DNA from: Calditrichota bacterium | GTDB taxonomy: Bacteria; Electryoneota; AABM5-125-24; Hatepunaeales; Hatepunaeaceae | DNA: 51,125 nucleotides | Reading direction: 5' to 3' | Assembly (NCBI GenBank): GCA_016867855.1 | Contig: VGIO01000002.1 | Location: forward strand, 1 to 51,125 | Part shown: in pieces, positions 17,201-24,949 of the stretch | Layout of the letters: every line of letters begins with the position of its first letter | How positions within the stretch are numbered: the first letter of the stretch is position 1 | Translations under genes and position numbers: made by a program | The notes under the pieces: model-generated | Database searches by the model: none | What the model was told of the DNA's origin: nothing | Seen by the model: only the letters and a program-made list of their open reading frames with translations

Positions 17201-17905
17201 CTGACCTTCAGAGTCCTTAACGAATGAATTTGCATTGAATAACACCCAAAAGAACTTAAACTTTTCTTGGGTCAAAACGGCATCCTCGAGGTCAATCGAT
17301 AGATAAGATGTCGTCTGGGCATCACGATTATATAGACGCCATTCGCTGCCGTTGGTCAGAATCGCCCAATTGAAATAGGCTTTTCGAGCGGGTTCATCGT
17401 AGGCATTCTGGAGATAATCCCGGATTTGATTATGCGGAAAGCGTCCGGGGGTTTCTTCCTTCGAGACACTGCCCAGCGGATGCCCGTATTTCTTGGCTTC
17501 GCAGAGTGAAATCGCCGATGCATATCGGAGATTAGAAGAAATGTCTAATGCATTATCTTTGCTTTCTTTATCATAGAAGAGAAGGTAATCGGGAGTGTTT
17601 CGGGATCCCGGTGTTTTAGTCTCTGGAATAAATTGAAAATTCAGTATTCTTAATATTGGATCGATAAATTCCTTACGAGTGATATCTTCATTCCCGAAAC
17701 GCGACAACCGGTAACTGTTTCTTTCAATTAGTTCCCTGCATAAGGAAAAAGATGGCTCAACAGACGCATCACTTGGCCAAACATCGGTCTTTTTAAGCCA
17801 AATGCGCAGATAATGGTCGGAAAAAATACCTCGGGTCTCCCAAGGAACTTCCTTACCGGTTTCAGGTATCGTTAGTTGTGACGAAAGGTCGGTTTTGTTC
17901 GGCAT
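14240..17905 (-). CDS. Type IIG restriction-modification enzyme (MmeI/Eco57I-like fused endonuclease + N6-adenine methyltransferase)
   Basis: N-terminal PD-(D/E)xK-like 'TPDYLLFYDKE...ISLCEAKKYG' (compare MmeI 'ILLIEMK'). Gamma-class methyltransferase motifs 'GSYYTPDYVVKYI', 'ILDPSMGSGHFLV' (FxGxG) and 'VIGNPPYVRQE' (NPPY). Long C-terminal target-recognition region. 1221 aa. Confidence 0.7.
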   Translation of the reverse strand: MPNKTDLSSQLTIPETGKEVPWETRGIFSDHYLRIWLKKTDVWPSDASVEPSFSLCRELIERNSYRLSRFGNEDITRKEFIDPILRILNFQFIPETKTPGSRNTPDYLLFYDKESKDNALDISSNLRYASAISLCEAKKYGHPLGSVSKEETPGRFPHNQIRDYLQNAYDEPARKAYFNWAILTNGSEWRLYNRDAQTTSYLSIDLEDAVLTQEKFKFFWVLFNANSFVKDSEGQCILDKLRSQSLVHQSDLERDLRKRVYQLVEKIANGFYKLKKNKIKPTDITELYNTCLIFLYRLLFILYAEGRGLLPVQTYGFGATKDYRERFSLFRLRERIRNSLNAEYDLAYTRLYNEIDELFTLINGDDESMNEVCGIPRYNGGLFDPERTEGFRKKWKIGDASLTEILRGLIYTPLPSNDNETIEVSYGEYIDYSDLEVRQLGSIYEGLLEYHLVLNQANRFNLKFGNGERKDTGSYYTPDYVVKYITARTLKPLIDEIENLAAVKFAIANGIKDNSFANNVLKLKILDPSMGSGHFLVRATEYLAFEIAAHPTTSLGVPVPMPGVSHDWAEIAYWRRRVVESCIYGVDKNPLAVELAKLSLWLTCIASDQPLNFLDHHLRTGNSLVGNRVEELNRLPARDGSTAPLFLVEGLDEALRLSVDSLTLITAQVSDSVEVVKQKEALYFQQVRENLKPFRTVADIRTAFDLGAALDDGAFRELALDLLKHKAGEPSTELNSRFTDIWAQITKIQNERIPFHWDLEFPEVFHNGEVFGFDAVIGNPPYVRQESITELKDYLERYYITTSASTDLYVAFIEKGLNLLKPGGRFGMIVSNKWMRARYGEKLREFIKQYQIEKLIDFGELKVFASSSTFPLVMIAEKNPPKQRPYYVPMKGLQAEKWDKAESVETIITDFETGGFEVEEAALSVNGFALVNKSVTDVLEKMKAVGTPLGEYVEGKIYRGIVTGFNEAFVINARTREKLIKDDPASEEVIKPFVVGDDVRRYHINYRERYIIFARQGINIEEYPIIEEYLTRWKDKLTPKVNRLDEIGRAPGKYQWYELQATTGYYKEFEKPKIVWPDIAKESRFAWDDRCYYYINTCYLMPTEEIYLIGILNSKLIWSYLIRSCAVLGDPDRRGRIRLFNTYMNDVPILVINERSEQKSQLESNVNRILELNSDLKEAFTAIQKRRIRAQIDEIDREINRQVYELYGLTSAEIATVEASI

Positions 17906-17999
17906 ACTTTAGATACGAAAGATGATTAACTTAGGCTAAAGGCAGCATATTCTTACATTTACAGGATATAAGTATGTTAATGCCTAAAGCCCAAACAGA

Positions 18000-18121
18000 T
18001 TGTCCGAGAATGTTAAAAACGCAAGTTAAGGGGCAAGGCGGATGCCCTACCCGCCACAACTCAAGCACAGTTTTTCGGCGGACGGGGGCGTCCGCCTTGC
18101 CAATTAAACATTCTCGGACAA
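18000..18121. repeat. nested palindromic element: outer arms 'TTGTCCGAGAATGTT'/'AACATTCTCGGACAA', inner arms 'GGCAAGGCGGATGCCC'/'GGGCGTCCGCCTTGCC'
   Basis: Between the Type IIG gene start and the cNMP-binding gene end. Related copies at 34536-34697 and a partial copy at about 10226-10256. Confidence 0.7.
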
Positions 18122-18138
18122 CTTGCAAAGCCCAAAGC

Positions 18139-18597
18139 CTACCAAATCAGCGAGTTGCGCCAGAGCATATTGGTGTTGCGGACGCGGGCGGAGATGATGG
18201 AGGCTATGTTGCGCATCAGCAAGTAGCCGATGCGGGGCTTCTCGTCCAGCAAGGCGGAGAGTTTCTTGAAGTCGAACTGGCAGGTGATAACCTCCTCTTC
18301 GGCACGAACTGTCGCCGAGCGCGGCGAGCCGTCGACCAGCGATAATTCGCCGAAAATCTGCCCGTCGCGCATCGTGTAGATGATTTCTTCCTTGCCGACT
18401 TCCGTCGGCAAAGAGAGGCGAATCGACACGCGCCCCTTGCAGATGACGAATAAATCGCGCGACTTGGAATCTTCGCGAATGATTTCTGCGCCGCGCGCAA
18501 AACGCTGCTCTTCTGCGATGCTGGCAAGCGCAGCGACTTCTTCGCCGGTCATATCTTTGGCTAAACCGGCGGTTTTCAATAGTTCAATGTGGTTCAT
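18139..18597 (-). CDS. stand-alone cyclic-nucleotide-binding (cNMP/Crp-type effector) domain protein
   Basis: 'FGELSLVDGSPRSATVRAEEE' is the typical cNMP-binding beta-roll/phosphate-binding cassette. No HTH or other output domain (152 aa). Confidence 0.75.
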   Translation of the reverse strand: MNHIELLKTAGLAKDMTGEEVAALASIAEEQRFARGAEIIREDSKSRDLFVICKGRVSIRLSLPTEVGKEEIIYTMRDGQIFGELSLVDGSPRSATVRAEEEVITCQFDFKKLSALLDEKPRIGYLLMRNIASIISARVRNTNMLWRNSLIW

Positions 18598-18673
18598 TTC
18601 TATATTCTATTATAAGATTATAATCTCTTTAAATGCTTATGCTAATCAAAATATAAAACTATCAGCATCAGCA

Positions 18674-19858
18674 TTAGATTCGTTTAAGCGCCTGGCCTAA
18701 ATCGGAGCAAATGTCCTTCGGATCCTCGATTCCGACCGACAGACGGATGAGCGTTTCGGAGATGCCGGCTTGAGCCAACTGTTCAGCGGTGTAAGAAGAT
18801 TGCGTAGTCGATGCCGGATGGCAGATTAAAGTGTCGCAATCGCCCAGCGATACCGCCAGCGTGCAGAGTTCGACGGCATCCATAATTTTTTTACCATCTT
18901 CGCGAGCGCCTTTGATGTCGAAAGCCAGCATCCCGCCAAAATCGCTCATCTGCCGGGCGGCTAATTCGTGCCCGGGATGCTGACGCAGCCCCGGATAATA
19001 GATGGCTTTGACTTTAGGGTGAAATGATAGATATTGCGCGACCCGCATTGCATTTTCGCAGTGCCGCCGCATTCGCACCGCCAGTGTCTTAAGCCCTCGC
19101 AGCAGCAACCAGGCATTGAACGGGCTGATGCAGTTGCCGATGTGATGCAGAGTTTCCTTGCGCACCCGCAGCAACATATCCTTCGGTCCGACGATGATGC
19201 CGGCGACAGTATCACCATGCCCGCCGATATATTTAGTCGCGCTGTGGATGATAAAATCGGCGCCCATCTCCAGCGGACGCTGCAACACCGGCGTGGCAAA
19301 TGTGTTATCCACGACAAGATAGATATTATACTCCCGGGCGATGCGCGCGCAACCGGCGATGTCGATGATGTCAAGAGTCGGATTGGCAGGGGTCTCGATA
19401 AAGATTAGTTTGGTGCGTTCGTCGATGGCGGCCTCGACTTCATCGAGGTGGGTGGCGCGAACTTCGCGGGCTTCAATGCCCATTCGCGGCATAAAACCGA
19501 TGTTCATAGCGTGAGTTCCGCCATAGACGGTAACCGACGAGACATAGTTGTCGCCGCTGCCGCAGAGCGTCAGGATAAGGGCGGCTTCAGCCGCCATTCC
19601 TGAAGCCAGCGCCAGCGCCGCCTCGCCGCCCTCTAAAAACGCCATCTCTCGCTCTAAACAATCCTCGGTCGGATTGCCCAAGCGGGAATAGATATAACCT
19701 GAGGCTTCGCCTTTGAATAGTTTCTCGCCGTGTTCAGCATTCCTGAAGGCGAAGGTCGAACTTTGATAGATGGGCGTCGAAACTGCGCCAGTGTGCGGAT
19801 CGATGCCTTCCGACCCGTGGACGCACAATGTATCCAACGCCCAATCCTTCTTAACCAT
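18674..19858 (-). CDS. PLP-dependent Cys/Met-metabolism enzyme (cystathionine gamma-synthase / methionine gamma-lyase / O-acetylhomoserine sulfhydrylase family)
   Basis: 'LDTLCVHGS', 'YSRLGNPT', and 'SATKYIGGHGDTVAG' with the PLP-lysine in 'TKY'. Confidence 0.8.
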   Translation of the reverse strand: MVKKDWALDTLCVHGSEGIDPHTGAVSTPIYQSSTFAFRNAEHGEKLFKGEASGYIYSRLGNPTEDCLEREMAFLEGGEAALALASGMAAEAALILTLCGSGDNYVSSVTVYGGTHAMNIGFMPRMGIEAREVRATHLDEVEAAIDERTKLIFIETPANPTLDIIDIAGCARIAREYNIYLVVDNTFATPVLQRPLEMGADFIIHSATKYIGGHGDTVAGIIVGPKDMLLRVRKETLHHIGNCISPFNAWLLLRGLKTLAVRMRRHCENAMRVAQYLSFHPKVKAIYYPGLRQHPGHELAARQMSDFGGMLAFDIKGAREDGKKIMDAVELCTLAVSLGDCDTLICHPASTTQSSYTAEQLAQAGISETLIRLSVGIEDPKDICSDLGQALKRI

Positions 19859-19896
19859 TGATAATCCTATATAATAGAGATATTTGTTTGATTAGC

Positions 19897-20051
19897 CTAG
19901 TGTTCACTTGCATTAATGGCTTCCAGTATGTCGGACAGGAGGACAGGCGTCCCTGCCTGTCCCGGGAGATATGGCTGCAAAGTGGACAGGCATGGACGCC
20001 TGTCCTCCTGCCTATACTATAATGACGGTTTCTTTTGCAACGAGGCACTAG
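19897..20051. mobile_element. MITE-like palindromic element, copy A (CTAGTG...CACTAG ends; core GGACAGGAGGACAGGCGTCCCTGCCTGTCC)
   Basis: About 155 bp, near-identical to copies at 36706-36860 (inverted), 42448-42603 and 50116-50262. Non-coding: the ORF-track peptides 'DRQGRLSSCPTYWKPL' repeat because the DNA repeats. Confidence 0.8.
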
Positions 20052-20310
20052 ATTTTGCAGATTTAGTATAGTCTTTTACGCTATCTGCTTCATCTGTTTT
20101 AGCACGGCTCAAAAGTCTTCTCGTATCTTGCATCAGGATGTCCCCATCCTGCTGTAAAGATTGTTTTTCCGCAGAGTGTGGACACCCTGCGGCATTCGAT
20201 TGGGTATGCGAAAAGATTTTAAGCCGCGTTCTAATCTGTAGTGAATGCAGGATTATTCTAACGGATTGAACGGATGAAATAGTGAACCCGTTTGTCTAAT
20301 CCATTGTGAA

Positions 20311-20715
20311 TTACACTTCCTGCGTCAATTCTATTAACACGCCCATCGTGGTCTTCGGGTCGAGGAAGCAGACTAACTTGCCTTCGGCGCCGATTTTAGG
20401 CTCATAATGCAGCGGTCGGAGTCCGGCTTCGGCACACTTCCGTACGGCTCGCTTGATATCGGCGACACAAATTGCGATGTGATGAAGGCCTTCACCGCGT
20501 TTGGCTATGAACCGCGCGACCGGCGAGTCTTCAGCGAGCGGCTTCAGCAGTTCGAGACGCGACTCGCCGATATGAATGATGAGCGCTTCGACGCAATGCT
20601 CTGCTATTATTTCGCGATGTCCGGGTGTCCCGAGCGCACTGAAGACTTTAAGCCCCTGCGCCAAATCGTTCACCGCAATAGCGATGTGGTCGATATGGGC
20701 GGACGAGTCGGGCAA
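20311..20715 (-). CDS. mce: methylmalonyl-CoA epimerase (VOC/glyoxalase fold)
   Basis: 'IDHIAIAVNDL', 'GLHHIAICVADI' and C-terminal 'GKLVCFLDPKTTMGVLIEL' are typical of methylmalonyl-CoA epimerase. Confidence 0.85.
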   Translation of the reverse strand: MPDSSAHIDHIAIAVNDLAQGLKVFSALGTPGHREIIAEHCVEALIIHIGESRLELLKPLAEDSPVARFIAKRGEGLHHIAICVADIKRAVRKCAEAGLRPLHYEPKIGAEGKLVCFLDPKTTMGVLIELTQEV

Positions 20716-20735
20716 CGCCTTTATTAAGGATGTGT

Positions 20736-20993
20736 CTATTTTAATAATATTACCTTAGCGCGTTCGATGTAGTTTAGCGCTTCCAACCGGATTAAATAGA
20801 CTCCCGCCGGGAGAAGGCTTGCGTCGATGGTTATTCTATTGACGCCGGCTTCGCCCGGCAACGTTTCGTCCCAAACGAGCCGACCTGCAGCATCGATGAG
20901 TGATAATCGAATTTCTGCGTTTTGAGGCAGTTGATATCTAAGCGTCGAGTGGACATTAAGTTGAGATGAATAATCAAAATATAATATAATAAT
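20736..20993 (-). pseudogene. orphan T9SS C-terminal sorting domain remnant (no upstream protein body, no start codon)
   Basis: The minus-strand frame between stops translates to '...LNVHSTLRYQLPQNAEIRLSLIDAAGRLVWDETLPGEAGVNRITIDASLLPAGVYLIRLEALNYIERAKVILLK*', a Por CTD. Upstream is AT-rich low-complexity DNA with stops. Confidence 0.6.
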
Positions 20994-21110
20994 TTATTAC
21001 TTAAAAACACATTAAAAGAGAAAATTTATCATTAAAAAGGCGATTGGATTTGAACATCGGACGTTAAGGCTTGCATTGAGGCGAGCAGGATTGTATATTT
21101 ACAAATCTTT

Positions 21111-21182
21111 TGGGAGATCGTCCAACGGCAGGACACGTGGCTCTGGACCATGGAATCGGGGTTCGAATCCCTGTCTCCCAGC
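21111..21182 (+). tRNA. tRNA-Gln (anticodon CUG)
   Basis: Cloverleaf folded by hand: acceptor TGGGAGA/TCTCCCA, U8, D-arm GTCC-AACGGCA-GGAC, anticodon arm CGTGG-CT[CTG]GA-CCATG, T-arm CGGGG-TTCGAAT-CCCTG, discriminator G (U1:A72 + G73 is typical of Gln). CCA not encoded. Confidence 0.75.
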
Positions 21183-21187
21183 ACAAA

Positions 21188-21222
21188 CACCAGCCGGCTT
21201 AGGCCGGCTGGTGGATTTTTGG
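21188..21222 (+). terminator. rho-independent terminator after tRNA-Gln
   Basis: 'CACCAGCCGGC-TTAG-GCCGGCTGGTG' followed by 'GATTTTTGG'. Confidence 0.7.
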
Positions 21223-21426
21223 GAGTATGATGACAATATGGACTATATGGATAAAGTGAACAAGATCAAATTATGCAAATTGCCAACTTTCTTTGGCACA
21301 GCGCTTGCCTTTATATCCGCTGGATAACTCTCTAACGGCAAAATTTGCCTGCGCGATATTCTAAGGCTGCGTCAAGTGGAAATACTTGACGCGACAACCG
21401 CGCTGGAAAATTAGCATAGGACATTC

Positions 21427-23490
21427 TTGAATCCTGACGCCCATACATTTATCGACCGTCTGACACAGCGCGCCGACATCGGCATCGCTCTGGCTGTCGT
21501 CGGCATTTTAGTGCTGATGATATTTCCGGTGCCGACCTACGTGCTGGACATTTTGTTAGCGTTGAGCATCGGCATATCGCTGTTGGTGCTTCTAATGTCG
21601 ATGTATTCGCTCGAGCCGCTGCAGTTCTCGGTTTTTCCGGGGCTGCTGTTGGTGTTGACGCTGTTCCGGCTGTCGCTGAATGTGGCTTCGACGCGCCTGA
21701 TACTCTCGGAAGGTTTCGCCGGCAATGTGATTCAAGCCTTCGGCGGATTTGTCGTCCAAGGCAATTATGTCGTCGGATTCATCATATTTATAATCCTGGT
21801 GGTGATAAACTTTGTGGTCATCACCAAGGGTTCGGGGCGCATCGCCGAGGTTGCGGCGCGCTTCACGCTCGACGCGATGCCGGGCAAACAGATGGCTATC
21901 GACGCTGACTTGAACAACGGACTCATCGACGATAAGGAGGCTCGCGAGCGTCGGGAAAAGATCGCCCGCGAAGCCGATTTTTACGGCGCGATGGATGGCG
22001 CGGCTAAGTTCGTGCGCGGCGACGCCATCGCCGGGTTGCTCATCACAATGGTCAATATCATCGGTGGCTTAATCATCGGGATGGTTCAACGCGGAATGCC
22101 GATTGTCGAAGCCTTGCGGACTTATACCTTGCTGACCATCGGCGACGGTTTGGTCACCCAAATACCGGCGTTGATTATATCGACTTCGGCTGGCATTCTC
22201 GTCAGCCGCGCAGCATCCGAATCGAATTTGGGCAAAGAAATCGTCGGGCAGTTACTATTGCAGCCGCGGGCGATAGGCATCGCCGCCGGTGTGCTGCTGT
22301 TCTTTGCCATAATGCCCGGGCTGCCAACCGTGCCGTTCCTGTTGCTGGCTGGTTCGACCGGCTATCTTGCCGTGATGACCCACCGCAGCGAGAAAGCAAA
22401 CGCCATCCGCGCCAAACAAGCCCTTTCGCCTGCCAAGAGTGAAGAGAAAATCACCGACTTTCTGCATATCGACCCATTGGAACTCGAAATCGGCTATGGC
22501 TTAGTGCCGTTGATAGACAAGGAGCAGGAAGGCGATTTAGTGAACCGCATCGGCGTCATCCGCAAGCAGCAGGCGCTCGAAATGGGCATCGTCATTCCAC
22601 CGATACGCATTCGCGATAATATGCAACTGAAGCCGAACGATTATGTCATCAAGGTGCGCGGCAACGAGATTGCCCGCGGCGAGTTGAAAATCGGCAATAT
22701 ATTAGCGCTCAATCCGGGCGCGGCCGCCGGCAAATTAAAAGGCATCGCCACGCGCGAGCCGACCTATGGCTTGCCGGCGCTATGGATTCCGGAAGCCGAA
22801 CGCGACCACGCTGAAACCCTCGGCTGGACGGTGGTCGAGCCGGCGGCAGTGCTGGCGACGCACTTAGTCGAAGTCCTCAAGCGCAACGCACATAAAATCA
22901 TCTCGCGGGAAGACGCCAAGAAACTGCTGGATAATCTCAAAGCCTCTTCGCCATCGGTGGTCGAAGAACTCATCCCCGGCCTGCTGTCGCTGGGAACAGT
23001 GCATAAAATTTTGCAAAAACTATTGAAAGAAGGAATCCCCATCCGCGATCTGGCAATTATACTCGAGACCCTGTCCGACTGGGCGCCGCACACTAAGGAC
23101 CCCGACCTGCTGGTCGAATATGTGCGCTATGCCCTGGCCCCGACCATCACGGAACGTTTCACCGAAGAGGATGGTAAGATCTATGCAATCACCATCGACC
23201 CGGCGCTGGAAGCCCAAATCTCTGACGAGGTGCAGCGTTCGCAGAATCGCGGTCTGGGTGGATTGGCTTTGGCGCCGAAGTTAATCAACAGCCTTTATCG
23301 GCAGTTGATTCGCCTGACCGATAAGATGACCACTCAGGGACGCCGGCCAATTATCGTCTGCGCCCCTACTGTGCGAGCGGCTCTGCACCGCCTGCTGGAA
23401 CCGGTTATGCCGCAGGTAATTGTGCTGTCTTATGGCGAACTCCTCGTAAACACCCCGGTCGAGTCGGTTGGAATGGTGAACGGGGAATAA
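21427..23490 (+). CDS. flhA: flagellar biosynthesis protein FlhA (type III export gate)
   Basis: Multi-TM N-terminus, then the conserved 'FTLDAMPGKQMAIDADLNNGLIDDKEARERREKI...GAMDGAAKFVRGDAIAGLLIT' FHIPEP region. 687 aa. Confidence 0.95.
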   Translation: MNPDAHTFIDRLTQRADIGIALAVVGILVLMIFPVPTYVLDILLALSIGISLLVLLMSMYSLEPLQFSVFPGLLLVLTLFRLSLNVASTRLILSEGFAGNVIQAFGGFVVQGNYVVGFIIFIILVVINFVVITKGSGRIAEVAARFTLDAMPGKQMAIDADLNNGLIDDKEARERREKIAREADFYGAMDGAAKFVRGDAIAGLLITMVNIIGGLIIGMVQRGMPIVEALRTYTLLTIGDGLVTQIPALIISTSAGILVSRAASESNLGKEIVGQLLLQPRAIGIAAGVLLFFAIMPGLPTVPFLLLAGSTGYLAVMTHRSEKANAIRAKQALSPAKSEEKITDFLHIDPLELEIGYGLVPLIDKEQEGDLVNRIGVIRKQQALEMGIVIPPIRIRDNMQLKPNDYVIKVRGNEIARGELKIGNILALNPGAAAGKLKGIATREPTYGLPALWIPEAERDHAETLGWTVVEPAAVLATHLVEVLKRNAHKIISREDAKKLLDNLKASSPSVVEELIPGLLSLGTVHKILQKLLKEGIPIRDLAIILETLSDWAPHTKDPDLLVEYVRYALAPTITERFTEEDGKIYAITIDPALEAQISDEVQRSQNRGLGGLALAPKLINSLYRQLIRLTDKMTTQGRRPIIVCAPTVRAALHRLLEPVMPQVIVLSYGELLVNTPVESVGMVNGE

Positions 23491-23506
23491 TGCTGATGCT
23501 GATGGC

Positions 23507-23539
<33 letters not shown>

Positions 23540-23749
23540 AGATGTTCGTCATCCTTTTGTGTAAAAATGTGATAGACTTTTTTATGCAGACAATATATAT
23601 AAGTTCTGTTTGTTCATTTCGTCCATTTATATAATAAATCGAATCAAAAATCATTATCTACCGCCGCAGACACAGGGTGAGAGCAAGCATTTTTATTGAA
23701 TCTTCCAATTCTTCAGTATTAGCATTAACATCAGCATTAGCATTTAAAA

Positions 23750-24949
23750 ATGGATGTCCGAAAATTCACCGCCCCGACGGTCGGCGAGGCGTTAAATAAC
23801 ATCAAGCACGAATTGGGAGAGGACGCCATCATACTTCGCACGCGGAATGTGAAGCGCGGCGGAGTCTTGTCCTTTCTGTCGCGCGAGATGGTCGAGGTGA
23901 CAGCAGCTGCGGCTGACCGCAGCCTGCCGCCGGATAGAGAGGTCGCCAGCCGATCGTCGGAAGTCGAGCGGCTTCTACGCACACGCGCCGCCATCGATAA
24001 TTCCAGTGAAATCAAAGAACAATTAGGCGAATTAAAGGAGCATATCCGTATGCTTGCCGAACAGATCCGCATCGAGCGAATGCCGAGCCTGCCGCCGGTA
24101 TTGTCGTCGCATCTAAAAGACCTGGTGCACAACGGCGTCGAAAGCCGTCTGGCTTGCGAACTCACCCAGCATTTAAACATACTCTATCCCGGCGATGCGC
24201 TTGAGAAAAGTGAATTTACCAACGCTGAACTGCGCAGCGCCATTGCAGGAATGATAAAAATCCGTCGTCCACCGCTAAAAAGCCCCAACCGCGCGCGCAT
24301 CGTCGCCATTATAGGCCCAACCGGGGTGGGTAAGACGACGACGCTTGCCAAATTAGTAACTAGTTTCCGTTTCTGGGGCCGGCTGAATTGCGCCTTAGTT
24401 TCAGCAGATACATACCGGGTTGCGGCTTTGGAGCAATTGAAGACCTTCGCCGCCATCGCCGGACTGCCGATGGAATCGGTATATCAACCCGGCGCAATGA
24501 AGACCGCCTTGGCGCGCCATCACCAGCGTGATGCCATCTTTATCGATACAGCCGGACGCTCCCAAACCGACCCGGAGAAAATTATCGAATTAGCCGAATT
24601 TTTAGTTGCGGCTGAACCGGATGAAGTTCTGCTCTGCCTAAACACCTCGACGCGCATCGAAGACCAATTGGACATCATCGAACATTACAGCCCGCTCACG
24701 CCGTCCGGCATCATCTTCACTAAATTGGACGAGACCCGCACGCCGGGGTCGATATTAAATATTCTAACCCAGACCTCGCTGCCGGCGACTTTCATCACCT
24801 GCGGACAGAATGTGCCGGACGACATCTTTATGACTGAGCCGCGCCGTTTGGCGGAGATTATTCTCAATCCTATGAAAATGACTGAATTGTTAAAAAGCCG
24901 TTTTGCAAGTTGGACAACCGAATCGTCGAACAACGGAGCCGCGGTTTGA
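23750..24949 (+). CDS. flhF: flagellar biosynthesis GTPase FlhF (SRP-type)
   Basis: 'IVAIIGPTGVGKTTTLAKL' (G1) and 'DTAGRSQTD' (G3). SRP54-type GTPase directly after flhA. Confidence 0.9.
   Translation: MDVRKFTAPTVGEALNNIKHELGEDAIILRTRNVKRGGVLSFLSREMVEVTAAAADRSLPPDREVASRSSEVERLLRTRAAIDNSSEIKEQLGELKEHIRMLAEQIRIERMPSLPPVLSSHLKDLVHNGVESRLACELTQHLNILYPGDALEKSEFTNAELRSAIAGMIKIRRPPLKSPNRARIVAIIGPTGVGKTTTLAKLVTSFRFWGRLNCALVSADTYRVAALEQLKTFAAIAGLPMESVYQPGAMKTALARHHQRDAIFIDTAGRSQTDPEKIIELAEFLVAAEPDEVLLCLNTSTRIEDQLDIIEHYSPLTPSGIIFTKLDETRTPGSILNILTQTSLPATFITCGQNVPDDIFMTEPRRLAEIILNPMKMTELLKSRFASWTTESSNNGAAV

Noticed and set aside
14240-17905. BREX PglX methyltransferase rather than a Type IIG enzyme
   Set aside because: Size and motifs are compatible with PglX. 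However, no brxA/B/C, pglZ or brxL genes flank it, and an intact PD-ExK-like 'D...EAK' block is present. A stand-alone Type IIG RM enzyme is the more economical call, to be confirmed by database comparison.
19851-20048. ORFs encoding '...DRQGRLSSCPTYWKPLMQVNT' at 19851-20048, 36611-36841, 42237-42566, 50106-50372 and 50135-50323 (apparent paralogous small proteins)
   Set aside because: They coincide exactly with the MITE copies on either strand. The conservation is DNA-level repeat identity, the frames are interrupted differently in each copy, and there are no plausible starts or RBS.
21330-21426. Sigma-54 or sigma-28 promoter upstream of flhA (an 8-bp-arm palindrome GCGTCAAG...CTTGACGC at 21377-21401 is present)
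   Set aside because: No sequence fitting TGGCAC-N5-TTGC or TAAA-N15-GCCGATAA spacing could be found by eye. The palindrome is noted but no promoter class can be assigned without mapping data.
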